A stretch of DNA of 64,000 nucleotides from positions 1 through 64,000 of IMG/VR virus record IMGVR_UViG_3300046791_000283; one strand, 5' to 3'. The stretch comes from a virus (lineage: Duplodnaviria; Heunggongvirae; Uroviricota; Caudoviricetes). The notes under the pieces are model-generated. The model searched no databases, was not told the origin of the DNA, and saw only the letters and a list, made by a program, of their open reading frames with translations. The position numbers and the translations under genes were made by a program. Shown one piece after another: positions 9,921 through 18,511 of the stretch (positions are counted from its first letter, which is position 1; every line of letters starts with the position of its first letter).

Positions 9921-10061
9921 GGGGATGTAGCTCAGTTGGTAGAGCGTAAGTTTGTGCCCGGTCCTGGTCAACCGGCTTTTGCTGATAGAACCAATTTTAC
10001 GTCAAGGTAAAATGAAGATGAGACAAACTTAAGGTCGGGGGTTCGAAGCCTTCCATCTCCA
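9921..10061 (+). tRNA. tRNA-like gene with a roughly 68-nt insertion in the anticodon loop; anticodon ambiguous
   Basis: Acceptor GGGGATG/CATCTCC; D arm GCTC-AGTTGGTA-GAGC; anticodon stem TAAGT...ACTTA separated by 75 nt; variable loop AGGTC; T arm GGGGG-TTCGAAG-CCTTC; discriminator A; insert folds into two hairpins (CCGGT..ACCGG and TTTTAC..GTAAAA). Confidence 0.6.
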
Positions 10062-10084
10062 CGATAAGTTTTAACCCTTATGCA

Positions 10085-11719
10085 ATGGTAAAGCAGATTC
10101 AATTGGCCAAGGGCTATGCCCTTCCTGTTTCTCAGTACGCAACTCAAGGAAACGCTATTCTCGGAATAAGAGAATCCGGCAAAAGTTACACGGCTATGAA
10201 GGTAGCTGAGCAACTTATGGAGGCCGGTATACCAATTATAGCCTTTGACCCGGTTGGAATCTGGAGATTTTTAAAAGTTCCTGCGAATGCTAACGGTAAG
10301 GGTTACCCAGTAGTAGTGGCGGGTGGCAATGAACCTGATATCCCAATTACAGTAAAGACCGCTCCCGATATTATAAGGGCCGCAATGAAGGAGGGGGTTA
10401 GTTTGGTTATCGATCTATACTGTATGGAGCTTTCAGCTAAATCGGTTTGGAGAAAAATAGTGCAGGATGCTATAAATATTCTCATGTATGAGAATAAATC
10501 GTATGGACCCCGCCATATTTTTCTCGAAGAGGCAGCGGAGTTTATTCCACAACGTTTAGGCCCCGCACACGGACTTGTGTACGCTGAGATAGAGAAGCTT
10601 GCACGTATGGGTCGTAATGCCAGCCTTGGTTATACACTGGTTAATCAACGGGCCGAGGAGGTTAATAAAGCCATTCTGGAAATATGCGCACTCTCAATGC
10701 TGCATAAACAAGTTGGAAAGAACTCCATGCTTAGCCTGAAAAAATGGTTCGATGTATTACACATTGAATCAACGGATAATGTTATGAAGTCACTTGCTGG
10801 TTTAGAAAAAGGTGAGTGCTGGATAGTTGGAGAGACCGCACAACCCACACGGATCAAGGTTCTACCGAGAACGTCTTATCATCCCAATCCAAGCAGTCCG
10901 ATTGATATGCCATCTCAAATGACTAAGGCCGTAGATCCAGGAAAGTTCATTCAAAAAATGCAAAAGCATTTGAATAAAAATGAAGAGAAGCCAACGGTAA
11001 AAGAAAAAGTGTTTGGTAAATCTCAAGACATTTTTGGTGTTGAGAAGATGAAGGAAACAATTAAGTCGCAATCACTTCGTATCGACACGTTAACAAGGTT
11101 GAATACTGAATTACTTAAGGATAATGTAAAATACAGAGATAAACTTTCTAAGATAAAAGCACTTACGGATCCACTACCAGAAATCACTGTGGCATCAAAC
11201 GGCCCGCTGTATCCAAGATTTTCTCCACCAACATCCTCAGTAATCAGCGTTACCTCGAAGTCTGGAGAGAAGCGAATTCTCAATGTTATTGCCATGCACC
11301 ACCCGAAGGCGGTGAATAAGACCAGAGTAGCCACACTGGCAAACCTTAGCCCAACCAGTGGAAGTTTTGGTACGTACATCGCTACTTTAAAAAGAGAAGG
11401 GATGATTGTTGTAACCGGATCTGTTTTCAATATCACCACCCGAGGCCTAGCATACAACGGAACGCCTGAACAACTTCCAGAGGGTAAAGATCTTCTGGAG
11501 ATGTGGTGTGCTAATATTGGTGCGGGTTCAGGGGCATCGCGAATACTCCGATATCTGTATGAACGGAATGATTATATAGGTAAGGGTGAAGTGGCTGAGA
11601 ACGTTGGATTGAGTTCAACCTCCGGAAGCTTCGGCACTTACATCGCAACATTAAAACGTAACGGTCTTATCATTGTGACCGGATCTGCCATGAAAATATC
11701 AGACGACTTTCTAAATTAA
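10085..11719 (+). CDS. P-loop NTPase with two tandem C-terminal repeat (wHTH-like) domains; possible replication initiator or DNA-translocating ATPase
   Basis: Walker A GIRESGKSYT; Walker B IFLEEAAEF; about 27-aa repeat S(P/S)TSGSFGTYIATLKR(E/N)G(M/L)I(V/I)VTGS present twice. Confidence 0.7.
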   Translation: MVKQIQLAKGYALPVSQYATQGNAILGIRESGKSYTAMKVAEQLMEAGIPIIAFDPVGIWRFLKVPANANGKGYPVVVAGGNEPDIPITVKTAPDIIRAAMKEGVSLVIDLYCMELSAKSVWRKIVQDAINILMYENKSYGPRHIFLEEAAEFIPQRLGPAHGLVYAEIEKLARMGRNASLGYTLVNQRAEEVNKAILEICALSMLHKQVGKNSMLSLKKWFDVLHIESTDNVMKSLAGLEKGECWIVGETAQPTRIKVLPRTSYHPNPSSPIDMPSQMTKAVDPGKFIQKMQKHLNKNEEKPTVKEKVFGKSQDIFGVEKMKETIKSQSLRIDTLTRLNTELLKDNVKYRDKLSKIKALTDPLPEITVASNGPLYPRFSPPTSSVISVTSKSGEKRILNVIAMHHPKAVNKTRVATLANLSPTSGSFGTYIATLKREGMIVVTGSVFNITTRGLAYNGTPEQLPEGKDLLEMWCANIGAGSGASRILRYLYERNDYIGKGEVAENVGLSSTSGSFGTYIATLKRNGLIIVTGSAMKISDDFLN

Positions 11720-11723
11720 TAGT

Positions 11724-12431
11724 ATGAATTCACAAATGATTTTGTTTGCCGACATTGAAACCGTAGCTGAGTTTGCAACTTTCGCTGAGATGGATGAGCA
11801 CGGTCAAGCGGCCTTCAAACGAAAGTATGACCAAGCGGTTATCGATAACAAGTTTTTGAACATCGAGGAGGCCTATGAGAAGCAAGCGGCTTTTCATGCG
11901 GAGTTCTCACGCATAGTGTGTATCAGTGTGGGGAGAATATTTCCAAGCGGAGGTAACGATAGAGAAGTGCTTAAGGGATACTGCTTAACCGGAGATGAAC
12001 TCAGCATTCTTGAACGATTCGCTAAACTGTGTATGTCGGTAGATTTTGTTTGTGCGCATAACGGCAAGGCCTTTGACTTCCCATTCATTTCCAGACGTAT
12101 GATCGTACACCAGGTACCATTGCCTCCGATATTGGATATCAGGAATCGTAAGCCTTGGGATGTCGCATGGATTGACACAATGCTTATGTGGTCATTTGGT
12201 GACTTCAAGTACTACACCTCATTGATTACGCTGGCCTATGCACTTGGATTGGAAAATCCGAAGGATGATATCACGGGCGCGGATGTAGGTCCATTGTTCA
12301 GAGCGGGTGAGATAGCGAAGATTGCCAAGTACTGCAATAGCGATATGGTCATACTGACTAACTGCTATCGCATAATGCGCATGGAGCACCGATTCAACCC
12401 AGAGGAAATAATTATATCTGAAGAAAATTAA
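11724..12431 (+). CDS. DEDD-family 3'-5' exonuclease (DnaQ-like)
   Basis: Exo I FADIET, Exo II HNGKAFDFPF, Exo III YCNSDM. Confidence 0.7.
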   Translation: MNSQMILFADIETVAEFATFAEMDEHGQAAFKRKYDQAVIDNKFLNIEEAYEKQAAFHAEFSRIVCISVGRIFPSGGNDREVLKGYCLTGDELSILERFAKLCMSVDFVCAHNGKAFDFPFISRRMIVHQVPLPPILDIRNRKPWDVAWIDTMLMWSFGDFKYYTSLITLAYALGLENPKDDITGADVGPLFRAGEIAKIAKYCNSDMVILTNCYRIMRMEHRFNPEEIIISEEN

Positions 12432-12449
12432 AAACTAACCCTTACGACC

Positions 12450-12713
12450 ATGATTATTATTACAAAAGAGCAAGCCGAAAAATTAGTACTGGAGGAGTTG
12501 TCTAAATTTATTGACAGTGAAATCCTAGATAGTTTTAAAGGATCACTACCCACTACTCTGAATCTCCGAAATGATCTGAACATCGACTCATTGGAAGAAA
12601 TTGAAATCGTTATGAATCTGGAGAAGCAGATGGATCTTCCGATTTTGGATGCGGACGCTGAGAAAGTACAGACGGTTGGTGACCTAATCGAATTATTCGC
12701 CTCTAAATTCTAA
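12450..12713 (+). CDS. acpP: acyl carrier protein homolog
   Basis: NDLNIDSLEEIEIVMNLEKQMDLPILDADAEKVQTVGDLIELF aligns with the ACP core [32 protein letters not shown], including the DSL phosphopantetheine serine. Confidence 0.7.
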   Translation: MIIITKEQAEKLVLEELSKFIDSEILDSFKGSLPTTLNLRNDLNIDSLEEIEIVMNLEKQMDLPILDADAEKVQTVGDLIELFASKF

Positions 12714-12716
12714 TCA

Positions 12717-13328
12717 ATGCTCTTAGGGTTCAAGGAATTTTATGACACCAAGAAACTCGTTCCATCGTGGTTCCGTGAGAAGATATTGACTTGTGCGGCT
12801 ATGCAGAAATTAATAGCAGAAAAACCCGATAGAGTAACGCTCCCATATCCAAAAGGGACACCAGGGCAATCAATCATTATTGAAGGCAAACTAACCGTTA
12901 TACCTTATAATCCAAAGATTCACACATTCCGTGAGGATCCACACGATCGATGGAAACCAGGCATGAGTATTCAAATGGTTTATCGTGGAAAGAATTATAG
13001 TATCAAAGATTATTTCAATAAAGGCATCCCGGAATTAAGTAAGTGTATCAGCACACAGAAGATTGAAATAAATTGGAATCGTGGCCAAGATCAAGATGAG
13101 TGGGATGAACTAGCCACAATGATGGGTATTGAATGGAGTCGTGTTACAATTTACATTGATGGAATAGAATATTGTGGGGCAAATATTTGTGGTGGCTATA
13201 TCGCGCATGGGCCTAAAATAAATGAACTCGCTAATAATGACGGCTTCAATGGAGTTGATCCATTTTTGAAGTATTTCAAAAATGACTTCATAGGAAAAGT
13301 GATTCATTGGACAGATAAACGCTATTGA
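12717..13328 (+). CDS. hypothetical protein adjacent to ACP
   Basis: 203-aa ORF. Confidence 0.6.
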   Translation: MLLGFKEFYDTKKLVPSWFREKILTCAAMQKLIAEKPDRVTLPYPKGTPGQSIIIEGKLTVIPYNPKIHTFREDPHDRWKPGMSIQMVYRGKNYSIKDYFNKGIPELSKCISTQKIEINWNRGQDQDEWDELATMMGIEWSRVTIYIDGIEYCGANICGGYIAHGPKINELANNDGFNGVDPFLKYFKNDFIGKVIHWTDKRY

Positions 13329-13329
13329 T

Positions 13330-13905
13330 ATGGTAGAAGATATTAAAACACACGGATTACTTCAGTATTCTGAAGGTTCAATGAAAACCACTGGAGTTCT
13401 TGTTAATTGCCATGTACCTAAGTATTTCAGGAAATTTATGCTTGGATTAGAAACCCACGATAACGAAGCGGTTTATTTGAAAGTTAGACTTCAGGAGGAT
13501 GAACCGGGATGGCCTAAAATGATAGCTATTCTATATGCCAATGGTGATACCTTATCCTTCGATGAGATCATCTTCCCTGAAGAGAATATGTATACACAGG
13601 AAATCCACATTTACTTGAAGAGAGTGGTTGGGAACTTGGTAGAAAAAATGATCATTAACTTCGCACGCTATGAACGAACTGGAAATCAAAACAATCAAGG
13701 AAAGTCTGAAGAAAGCTCAGACCGACCTATCGACCCAACTGAAGCTCAAGAAGGAAAACCGGAGTCAGGAAAAAATAGTGGAGGCTCAGAAGAGGATTCG
13801 AACACTGAAAAGTTGGCTAAACCCCTCCCGGGTTCAACACCAGGTTTCGGTTCCTTCGGATCTGGTCATGGAGAAGCCAATGACGAAGGAGGAGTGGGAC
13901 GCTAA
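13330..13905 (+). CDS. hypothetical protein with low-complexity acidic/Gly C-terminus; overlaps the next ORF by 236 nt
   Basis: 191-aa ORF. Confidence 0.4.
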   Translation: MVEDIKTHGLLQYSEGSMKTTGVLVNCHVPKYFRKFMLGLETHDNEAVYLKVRLQEDEPGWPKMIAILYANGDTLSFDEIIFPEENMYTQEIHIYLKRVVGNLVEKMIINFARYERTGNQNNQGKSEESSDRPIDPTEAQEGKPESGKNSGGSEEDSNTEKLAKPLPGSTPGFGSFGSGHGEANDEGGVGR

Positions 13906-14086
13906 GATTAAAGTGGAGTTCGGGGACACAAAAGACCCTAAGTTTGCTATGGACATTAAGGACCGCAAAACAATTGATCGGCTTTGGCCATGGTTGAAAA
14001 CAGCTAACGTAGTGATCAGGTGTTCAAAGGAATTAAAAGCCTACTGGGTACAGAAATTAAAGAATGAACGTAAATATCAATCCTAA
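13670..14086 (+). CDS. hypothetical coiled-coil protein
   Basis: 138-aa ORF in the +1 frame relative to 13330..13905. Confidence 0.4.
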   Translation: MNELEIKTIKESLKKAQTDLSTQLKLKKENRSQEKIVEAQKRIRTLKSWLNPSRVQHQVSVPSDLVMEKPMTKEEWDAKIKVEFGDTKDPKFAMDIKDRKTIDRLWPWLKTANVVIRCSKELKAYWVQKLKNERKYQS

Positions 14087-14096
14087 ATAAACCAAT

Positions 14097-15713
14097 ATGT
14101 CGAAGAAAATTACTTTTGATTCCGCTGCGCATGCAAAACTTAAAATCGGTGTGGATGCCTTGGCTGATGCGGTCAGTGTGACCCTTGGCCCCAAGGGGCG
14201 AAATGTTATCCTGTGTAAGGACTATGGAAGTCCAGCGATCACCAAGGATGGTGTGTCGGTCGCCCGTGAGGTCTTTCTGGAGGATCCGATGGAGAACGCT
14301 GGTGCCCAGCTGGTGAAGGAGGTTGCGAGTAAGACGGCTGAAGCCGCTGGAGATGGAACCACGACTGCAACCGTCCTGGCGCAAGCGATTTATGCGCATG
14401 GATTGAAGAACGTTGCTGCGGGTGCAAATCCAATGGACTTGAAACGTGGAATTGATAAAGCTGTTCTGTTGGTTACGGAGAGTCTAGCCAAGCAGTCTAA
14501 GAAAATAAAATCATCCGAACAGATCCGCCAGGTTGCAACGATCTCATCGAACAACGATGTGGAAATCGGAGGATTGATCGCGGAGGGAATGAAGAGAGTT
14601 GGTATGGATGGGGTGATCACCGTAGAAGACAGCAAGGGTATTGAATCCGAGATCACCGTGGTCGAGGGCATGCGATTTGATCGCGGATATCTTAGCCCGC
14701 ACTTCGTAACCAACACTGAGCGCATGGAGGTCGAAATGACCAACCCCTACGTACTTCTCACGGATAAAAAAATTGCATCGATGCGTGAGATGCTTCCGAT
14801 AATCCAACAAGTGGCGGACACTGGAAATCATCCGCTGTTATTCATTAGTCCCAATGTAGAGGGTGAGGCCCTCGCGACACTTGTTGTCAATAAGATGCGT
14901 GGTGCCCTGCATGTAGCGGCTGTGAAGACTCCGGGATTTGGTGATCGCGTAATGACCGATGCGCTTGAGGATCTCGCGGTGATCACAGGTGGCAAGGTAA
15001 TCAGTGAGATCATTGGATTGAAAATAGAAGAATGCAGACTCGAACACCTGGGTCGGGCAGAGAAAATCATCATCGATAATCAGACCACCACGATCGTCAA
15101 GGGTGCGGGCAAGTCAATCGATGTGAAGGAGCGGGTCGCCCAGGTGAAACACCAGATTGAAAACAGCGAGATTCCCTATGAGAAGGAGCGATTAAAGGAA
15201 CGTATTGCCAAGCTCACCGGTGGAGTGGCGATCTTGTATGTCGGTGCATCGACTGAAGTTGAGTTGAAGGAGAAGAAGGATAGGATTGATGATGCTTTGC
15301 ATGCAACACGGGCTGCAGTCCAGGAGGGCGTGGTACCTGGTGGTGGGGTCGCGTACATCCGCGCGATCGATTCATTGAAATCCGTTGCAGTGGATAATCA
15401 GGATCAGGAAACCGGTGTGAATATTATCCGCCTGGCTCTTGAGGCTCCATTGCGTGTAATCGCTAAAAACTCTGGGGCAGAGGCCTCGGTGGTTGTGGAT
15501 AAGGTACGGTCGCTGAAGAAAACTTTCGGCTACAATGCACGCGATGATAAGTACGAAGAATTCTTTGCGGCCGGCATCATCGATCCTACGAAGGTATCAC
15601 GACTTGCGTTGGAGAACGCGGCTTCGATCGCTGGACTCCTTCTGACTACCGATGTTATTATCAGTGAGATTCCAAAGGATAAACCCGAAGCCAATGGACC
15701 GGTTGCAAGATAA
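14097..15713 (+). CDS. groL: chaperonin GroEL (Cpn60)
   Basis: [39 protein letters not shown], and full 538-aa collinearity with GroEL. Confidence 0.9.
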   Translation: MSKKITFDSAAHAKLKIGVDALADAVSVTLGPKGRNVILCKDYGSPAITKDGVSVAREVFLEDPMENAGAQLVKEVASKTAEAAGDGTTTATVLAQAIYAHGLKNVAAGANPMDLKRGIDKAVLLVTESLAKQSKKIKSSEQIRQVATISSNNDVEIGGLIAEGMKRVGMDGVITVEDSKGIESEITVVEGMRFDRGYLSPHFVTNTERMEVEMTNPYVLLTDKKIASMREMLPIIQQVADTGNHPLLFISPNVEGEALATLVVNKMRGALHVAAVKTPGFGDRVMTDALEDLAVITGGKVISEIIGLKIEECRLEHLGRAEKIIIDNQTTTIVKGAGKSIDVKERVAQVKHQIENSEIPYEKERLKERIAKLTGGVAILYVGASTEVELKEKKDRIDDALHATRAAVQEGVVPGGGVAYIRAIDSLKSVAVDNQDQETGVNIIRLALEAPLRVIAKNSGAEASVVVDKVRSLKKTFGYNARDDKYEEFFAAGIIDPTKVSRLALENAASIAGLLLTTDVIISEIPKDKPEANGPVAR

Positions 15714-16050
15714 TCCAAGATCAATCGTCCTGATCGGTTCCAATGGTGTTGGATTCTCTACCGCATACCTGGTCAATAAGATTCAGGATTTAAAAGTCCT
15801 CGTGGTTGACGATGAACCCATATCGGTACAGGTGGCTAATAAGGAATTCACTGACACCCTGCATAACGTTGAACGCGGACTGGCTACCGACTTGGTCAAG
15901 TACATCGAATCAAAGGTTGAGTTTAAAAACAAGATTTTTAAATCCGGTGGTCAGTGTGAACCAATCCTCGTGGATAATCCGCACGGTGGTCAACTCAAAC
16001 GATTCGGTGGATCCAATTTCACTCCGAAGAAAAAGAAACGTAAACGTTAA
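15697..16050 (+). CDS. hypothetical protein with Lys-rich tail, overlapping the end of GroEL
   Basis: ORF 15652..16050 with its first ATG at 15697. Confidence 0.4.
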   Translation, partial: DRLQDNPRSIVLIGSNGVGFSTAYLVNKIQDLKVLVVDDEPISVQVANKEFTDTLHNVERGLATDLVKYIESKVEFKNKIFKSGGQCEPILVDNPHGGQLKRFGGSNFTPKKKKRKR

Positions 16051-16053
16051 ATC

Positions 16054-16596
16054 ATGGGAATCCTAAAGGATATTATCGATTACTTTTCAAAACTATTCAC
16101 CTGGTGGGTTGTGGTTATGCCATGGCAACAAGGTATTCGGGTTACGCTGGGTAAAAAACAAACTGTGTTACAAGGTGGTACGTATTTAAAAATACCAATT
16201 ATCCACACGGTATTTGTTCAAGAGAAAAGACTCAGAGTAATAAGTCTTCCAATTCAAACCGTATCAACAAGCAATGGAGCCGCAATCACAGTGAGTTGTT
16301 CGGTTGGATACAGCATCATAGATATAGGTAAGCTATACAACACTCTGTACCAACCCGACACAACGATTGCAAATATTGTGGCAAGCAAGGTAGCTGAGCA
16401 CGTATCAACAAATGATCTGAGTTCCGTCTCACCAAAAACAATTGAAGCGGCAATGATCGAAGCTGTAAATGGTACGGACTGGGGACTTAAGTATGAGTAC
16501 ATCCGGGTTATAAATTTCGCCAGTGTGAAAACATTCAGGCTTATTCAGGATCAATCGTGGATCAACGAAGGAATTGACATTATAACGGCCAGATAA
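16054..16596 (+). CDS. SPFH/band-7 domain membrane protein
   Basis: N-terminal TM segment then GIRVTLGK...VLQGGTYLKIPIIHTV, resembling the start of an SPFH domain. Confidence 0.5.
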   Translation: MGILKDIIDYFSKLFTWWVVVMPWQQGIRVTLGKKQTVLQGGTYLKIPIIHTVFVQEKRLRVISLPIQTVSTSNGAAITVSCSVGYSIIDIGKLYNTLYQPDTTIANIVASKVAEHVSTNDLSSVSPKTIEAAMIEAVNGTDWGLKYEYIRVINFASVKTFRLIQDQSWINEGIDIITAR

Positions 16597-16597
16597 T

Positions 16598-16834
16598 ATG
16601 AACACTGAAAACATGGAATACGATGTAACAACTCATATAATCGTCATTGGCGACAGACGGTGGAGTGTTACAATAAAAGATGCCTTCAATAAGGTTGACC
16701 CGTATATCGTTGTGTGGTCTGGAGTAAGAGGACAGGCAAATCAATTCCAGGGTTTTTGGAAAGTAAAGAAATTAAAAGCCAATCCGAACAAACAAAGTGT
16801 ATTGGAATCAGCTAAACTGGACTCACTGATATGA
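16598..16834 (+). CDS. hypothetical protein
   Basis: 78-aa ORF. Confidence 0.45.
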   Translation: MNTENMEYDVTTHIIVIGDRRWSVTIKDAFNKVDPYIVVWSGVRGQANQFQGFWKVKKLKANPNKQSVLESAKLDSLI

Positions 16835-16937
16835 AGATTTTACTCTGTGTACTCGTATTAGCAGCAATGGTTAAGACATTGGCCTGGGCCATTTCAACCT
16901 ATAAAGATTTTAGAGACAACCAACCGGATAAATAACT

Positions 16938-17144
16938 ATGGTGTTTAAAAACGGAGTATTAGAAGTGGAGGTAGGTAGCATTGAACATTTAATGTTGTCA
17001 ATAATGGAATGCAACAGATCTAAAATGACTTCATCCCTATGGTTGTACCGAAACAGGAAACGGATAAGCAAAGAAGTTGTCCGTGTATTTAAAAAGAATA
17101 AAGAGGGTCGTAGACTATTGAAAAAATATGGAATCTCTAACTAA
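16938..17144 (+). CDS. hypothetical basic protein
   Basis: 68-aa ORF. Confidence 0.35.
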   Translation: MVFKNGVLEVEVGSIEHLMLSIMECNRSKMTSSLWLYRNRKRISKEVVRVFKKNKEGRRLLKKYGISN

Positions 17145-17508
17145 GGAAAACTTCTGGAACGATCTCCAGACTAAACACCCAGAGACAATGAAAGTCTTCT
17201 GTGATTGGATCGATGGGTACAAAAAGCGAGTCAATTGGGATCAACTGTTCTCAGTTCACCCATGGAGCACCCGAACCGACAGACCTGCCACGAAGGATGA
17301 TTACGAAACCCATAAACGTGGTGAGATTAATCCGGGTCAATATAAGTACCATCATATCCCGATCGCGATGCAACTTGGGATATTCCTCCAATTTGTTTTT
17401 GAAGTGGAGGGAAGGGTGGGTGAGATGCTGATGGGGCTACAAGACTTCATCGGAGATCCGGCAGAGTTAATCCGTGAATGGTTCGCCACTACAAATATTG
17501 GAAAATGA
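17128..17508 (+). CDS. hypothetical protein
   Basis: 126-aa ORF. Confidence 0.5.
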   Translation: MESLTKENFWNDLQTKHPETMKVFCDWIDGYKKRVNWDQLFSVHPWSTRTDRPATKDDYETHKRGEINPGQYKYHHIPIAMQLGIFLQFVFEVEGRVGEMLMGLQDFIGDPAELIREWFATTNIGK

Positions 17509-17987
17509 AAAAGTCAGCATCGTTTTCACCAGATATGGAACACCGGAATTACCTGAGCCGGATTTGGGATGCCACATACCCAACCGCGATGTGTATTGGA
17601 TTGAATCCGAGTACAGCGAACGGTGAGGACGATGATAGTACAATCCGAATTCTGATTAAGGTCCTAACGCGGCTGGGCTACGGTGGATTCTATATGCTCA
17701 ATCTGTTTAGCGTGGTAAGTTCCAAACCCGAGATACTCAGCGCTCATCCGAATCCAGTTGGAAACGCGGACGAATACCTACAGTTGATGTCCAGGAGTGT
17801 TGAAACGGTTATTTTCTGCTGGGGTGATTTCAAACAGGCGTATTGGCGGGCAAAAGTGGTTATACCGATGTTTCCGGACGCAAAGTGTTTTGGCTATGCC
17901 CGCTCAGGCGCTCCATTGCACCCGATGGGATTGATGTGGTCGGGGCAGATGAAGACCGCTGAATTGATTGACTTTAAAAAACAATGA
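17478..17987 (+). CDS. DUF1643-like protein
   Basis: MCIGLNPSTANGEDDDSTIRILIKVLTRLGYGGFYMLNLF resembles the DUF1643 signature. Confidence 0.5.
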   Translation: MVRHYKYWKMKKSASFSPDMEHRNYLSRIWDATYPTAMCIGLNPSTANGEDDDSTIRILIKVLTRLGYGGFYMLNLFSVVSSKPEILSAHPNPVGNADEYLQLMSRSVETVIFCWGDFKQAYWRAKVVIPMFPDAKCFGYARSGAPLHPMGLMWSGQMKTAELIDFKKQ

Positions 17988-18231
17988 TATGGAAGGTGAC
18001 AACGAATTAACCGATATGGATTATCTAATCGCCAGCATTAAGGTTGATCGGGCTAACTTCGAGCACATCGCAGTCAGTGGGAATATCAATGGATCACTAC
18101 TTGTTGAACTCCGTAGAATCCTTAAAGAATTGAGATGCCCATATTGCTTACAAGGTGATTTTGACAAAGTAGGTCTGAAGCATCATTTGGAAAACCATTG
18201 TGGTAACTATAAAGAAACAGAATCAATTTAA
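17968..18231 (+). CDS. small zinc-finger protein
   Basis: CPYC...HHLENHC. Confidence 0.45.
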   Translation: MTLKNNDMEGDNELTDMDYLIASIKVDRANFEHIAVSGNINGSLLVELRRILKELRCPYCLQGDFDKVGLKHHLENHCGNYKETESI

Positions 18232-18260
18232 TTATTCATAAACACTAAAACCCTAATCGT

Positions 18261-18506
18261 ATGATTAACATTTTTGTTGCAAAACTCAGCTACGGTACAA
18301 CGGAATCAACGCTGCGTAAGGAATTCGAAAAGCACGGTCCAGTAGAATCGCTTAAGATTATCACGGACAAGGAAACCCGTAAGTCCAAGGGCTTCGGTTT
18401 CGTAGAGATGGCGGACCGCGATGGTGAGGTCGCAATCCGTGAACTCAATGGAATGGAGCTCGATGGTCGCAAGATCGTTGTGAAGAAGGCTGATCCTAAA
18501 CGCTAA
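18261..18506 (+). CDS. RRM-domain RNA-binding protein
   Basis: RNP2 IFVAKL and RNP1 KGFGFVEM with the typical 81-aa RRM length. Confidence 0.85.
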   Translation: MINIFVAKLSYGTTESTLRKEFEKHGPVESLKIITDKETRKSKGFGFVEMADRDGEVAIRELNGMELDGRKIVVKKADPKR

Positions 18507-18511
18507 GACCG

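Noticed and set aside
9952-10026. Group I intron in the tRNA anticodon loop
   Set aside because: The insert is only about 68 nt, whereas group I introns are longer than 200 nt and carry P3-P7 core elements not visible here. It is kept as an unexplained insertion.
15697-16050. GroES co-chaperonin call for the ORF overlapping the GroEL 3' end
   Set aside because: Only a faint, short resemblance to the GroES mobile-loop region. GroES normally lies upstream of GroEL, and the product has a Lys-rich tail atypical of Cpn10. Left as hypothetical.
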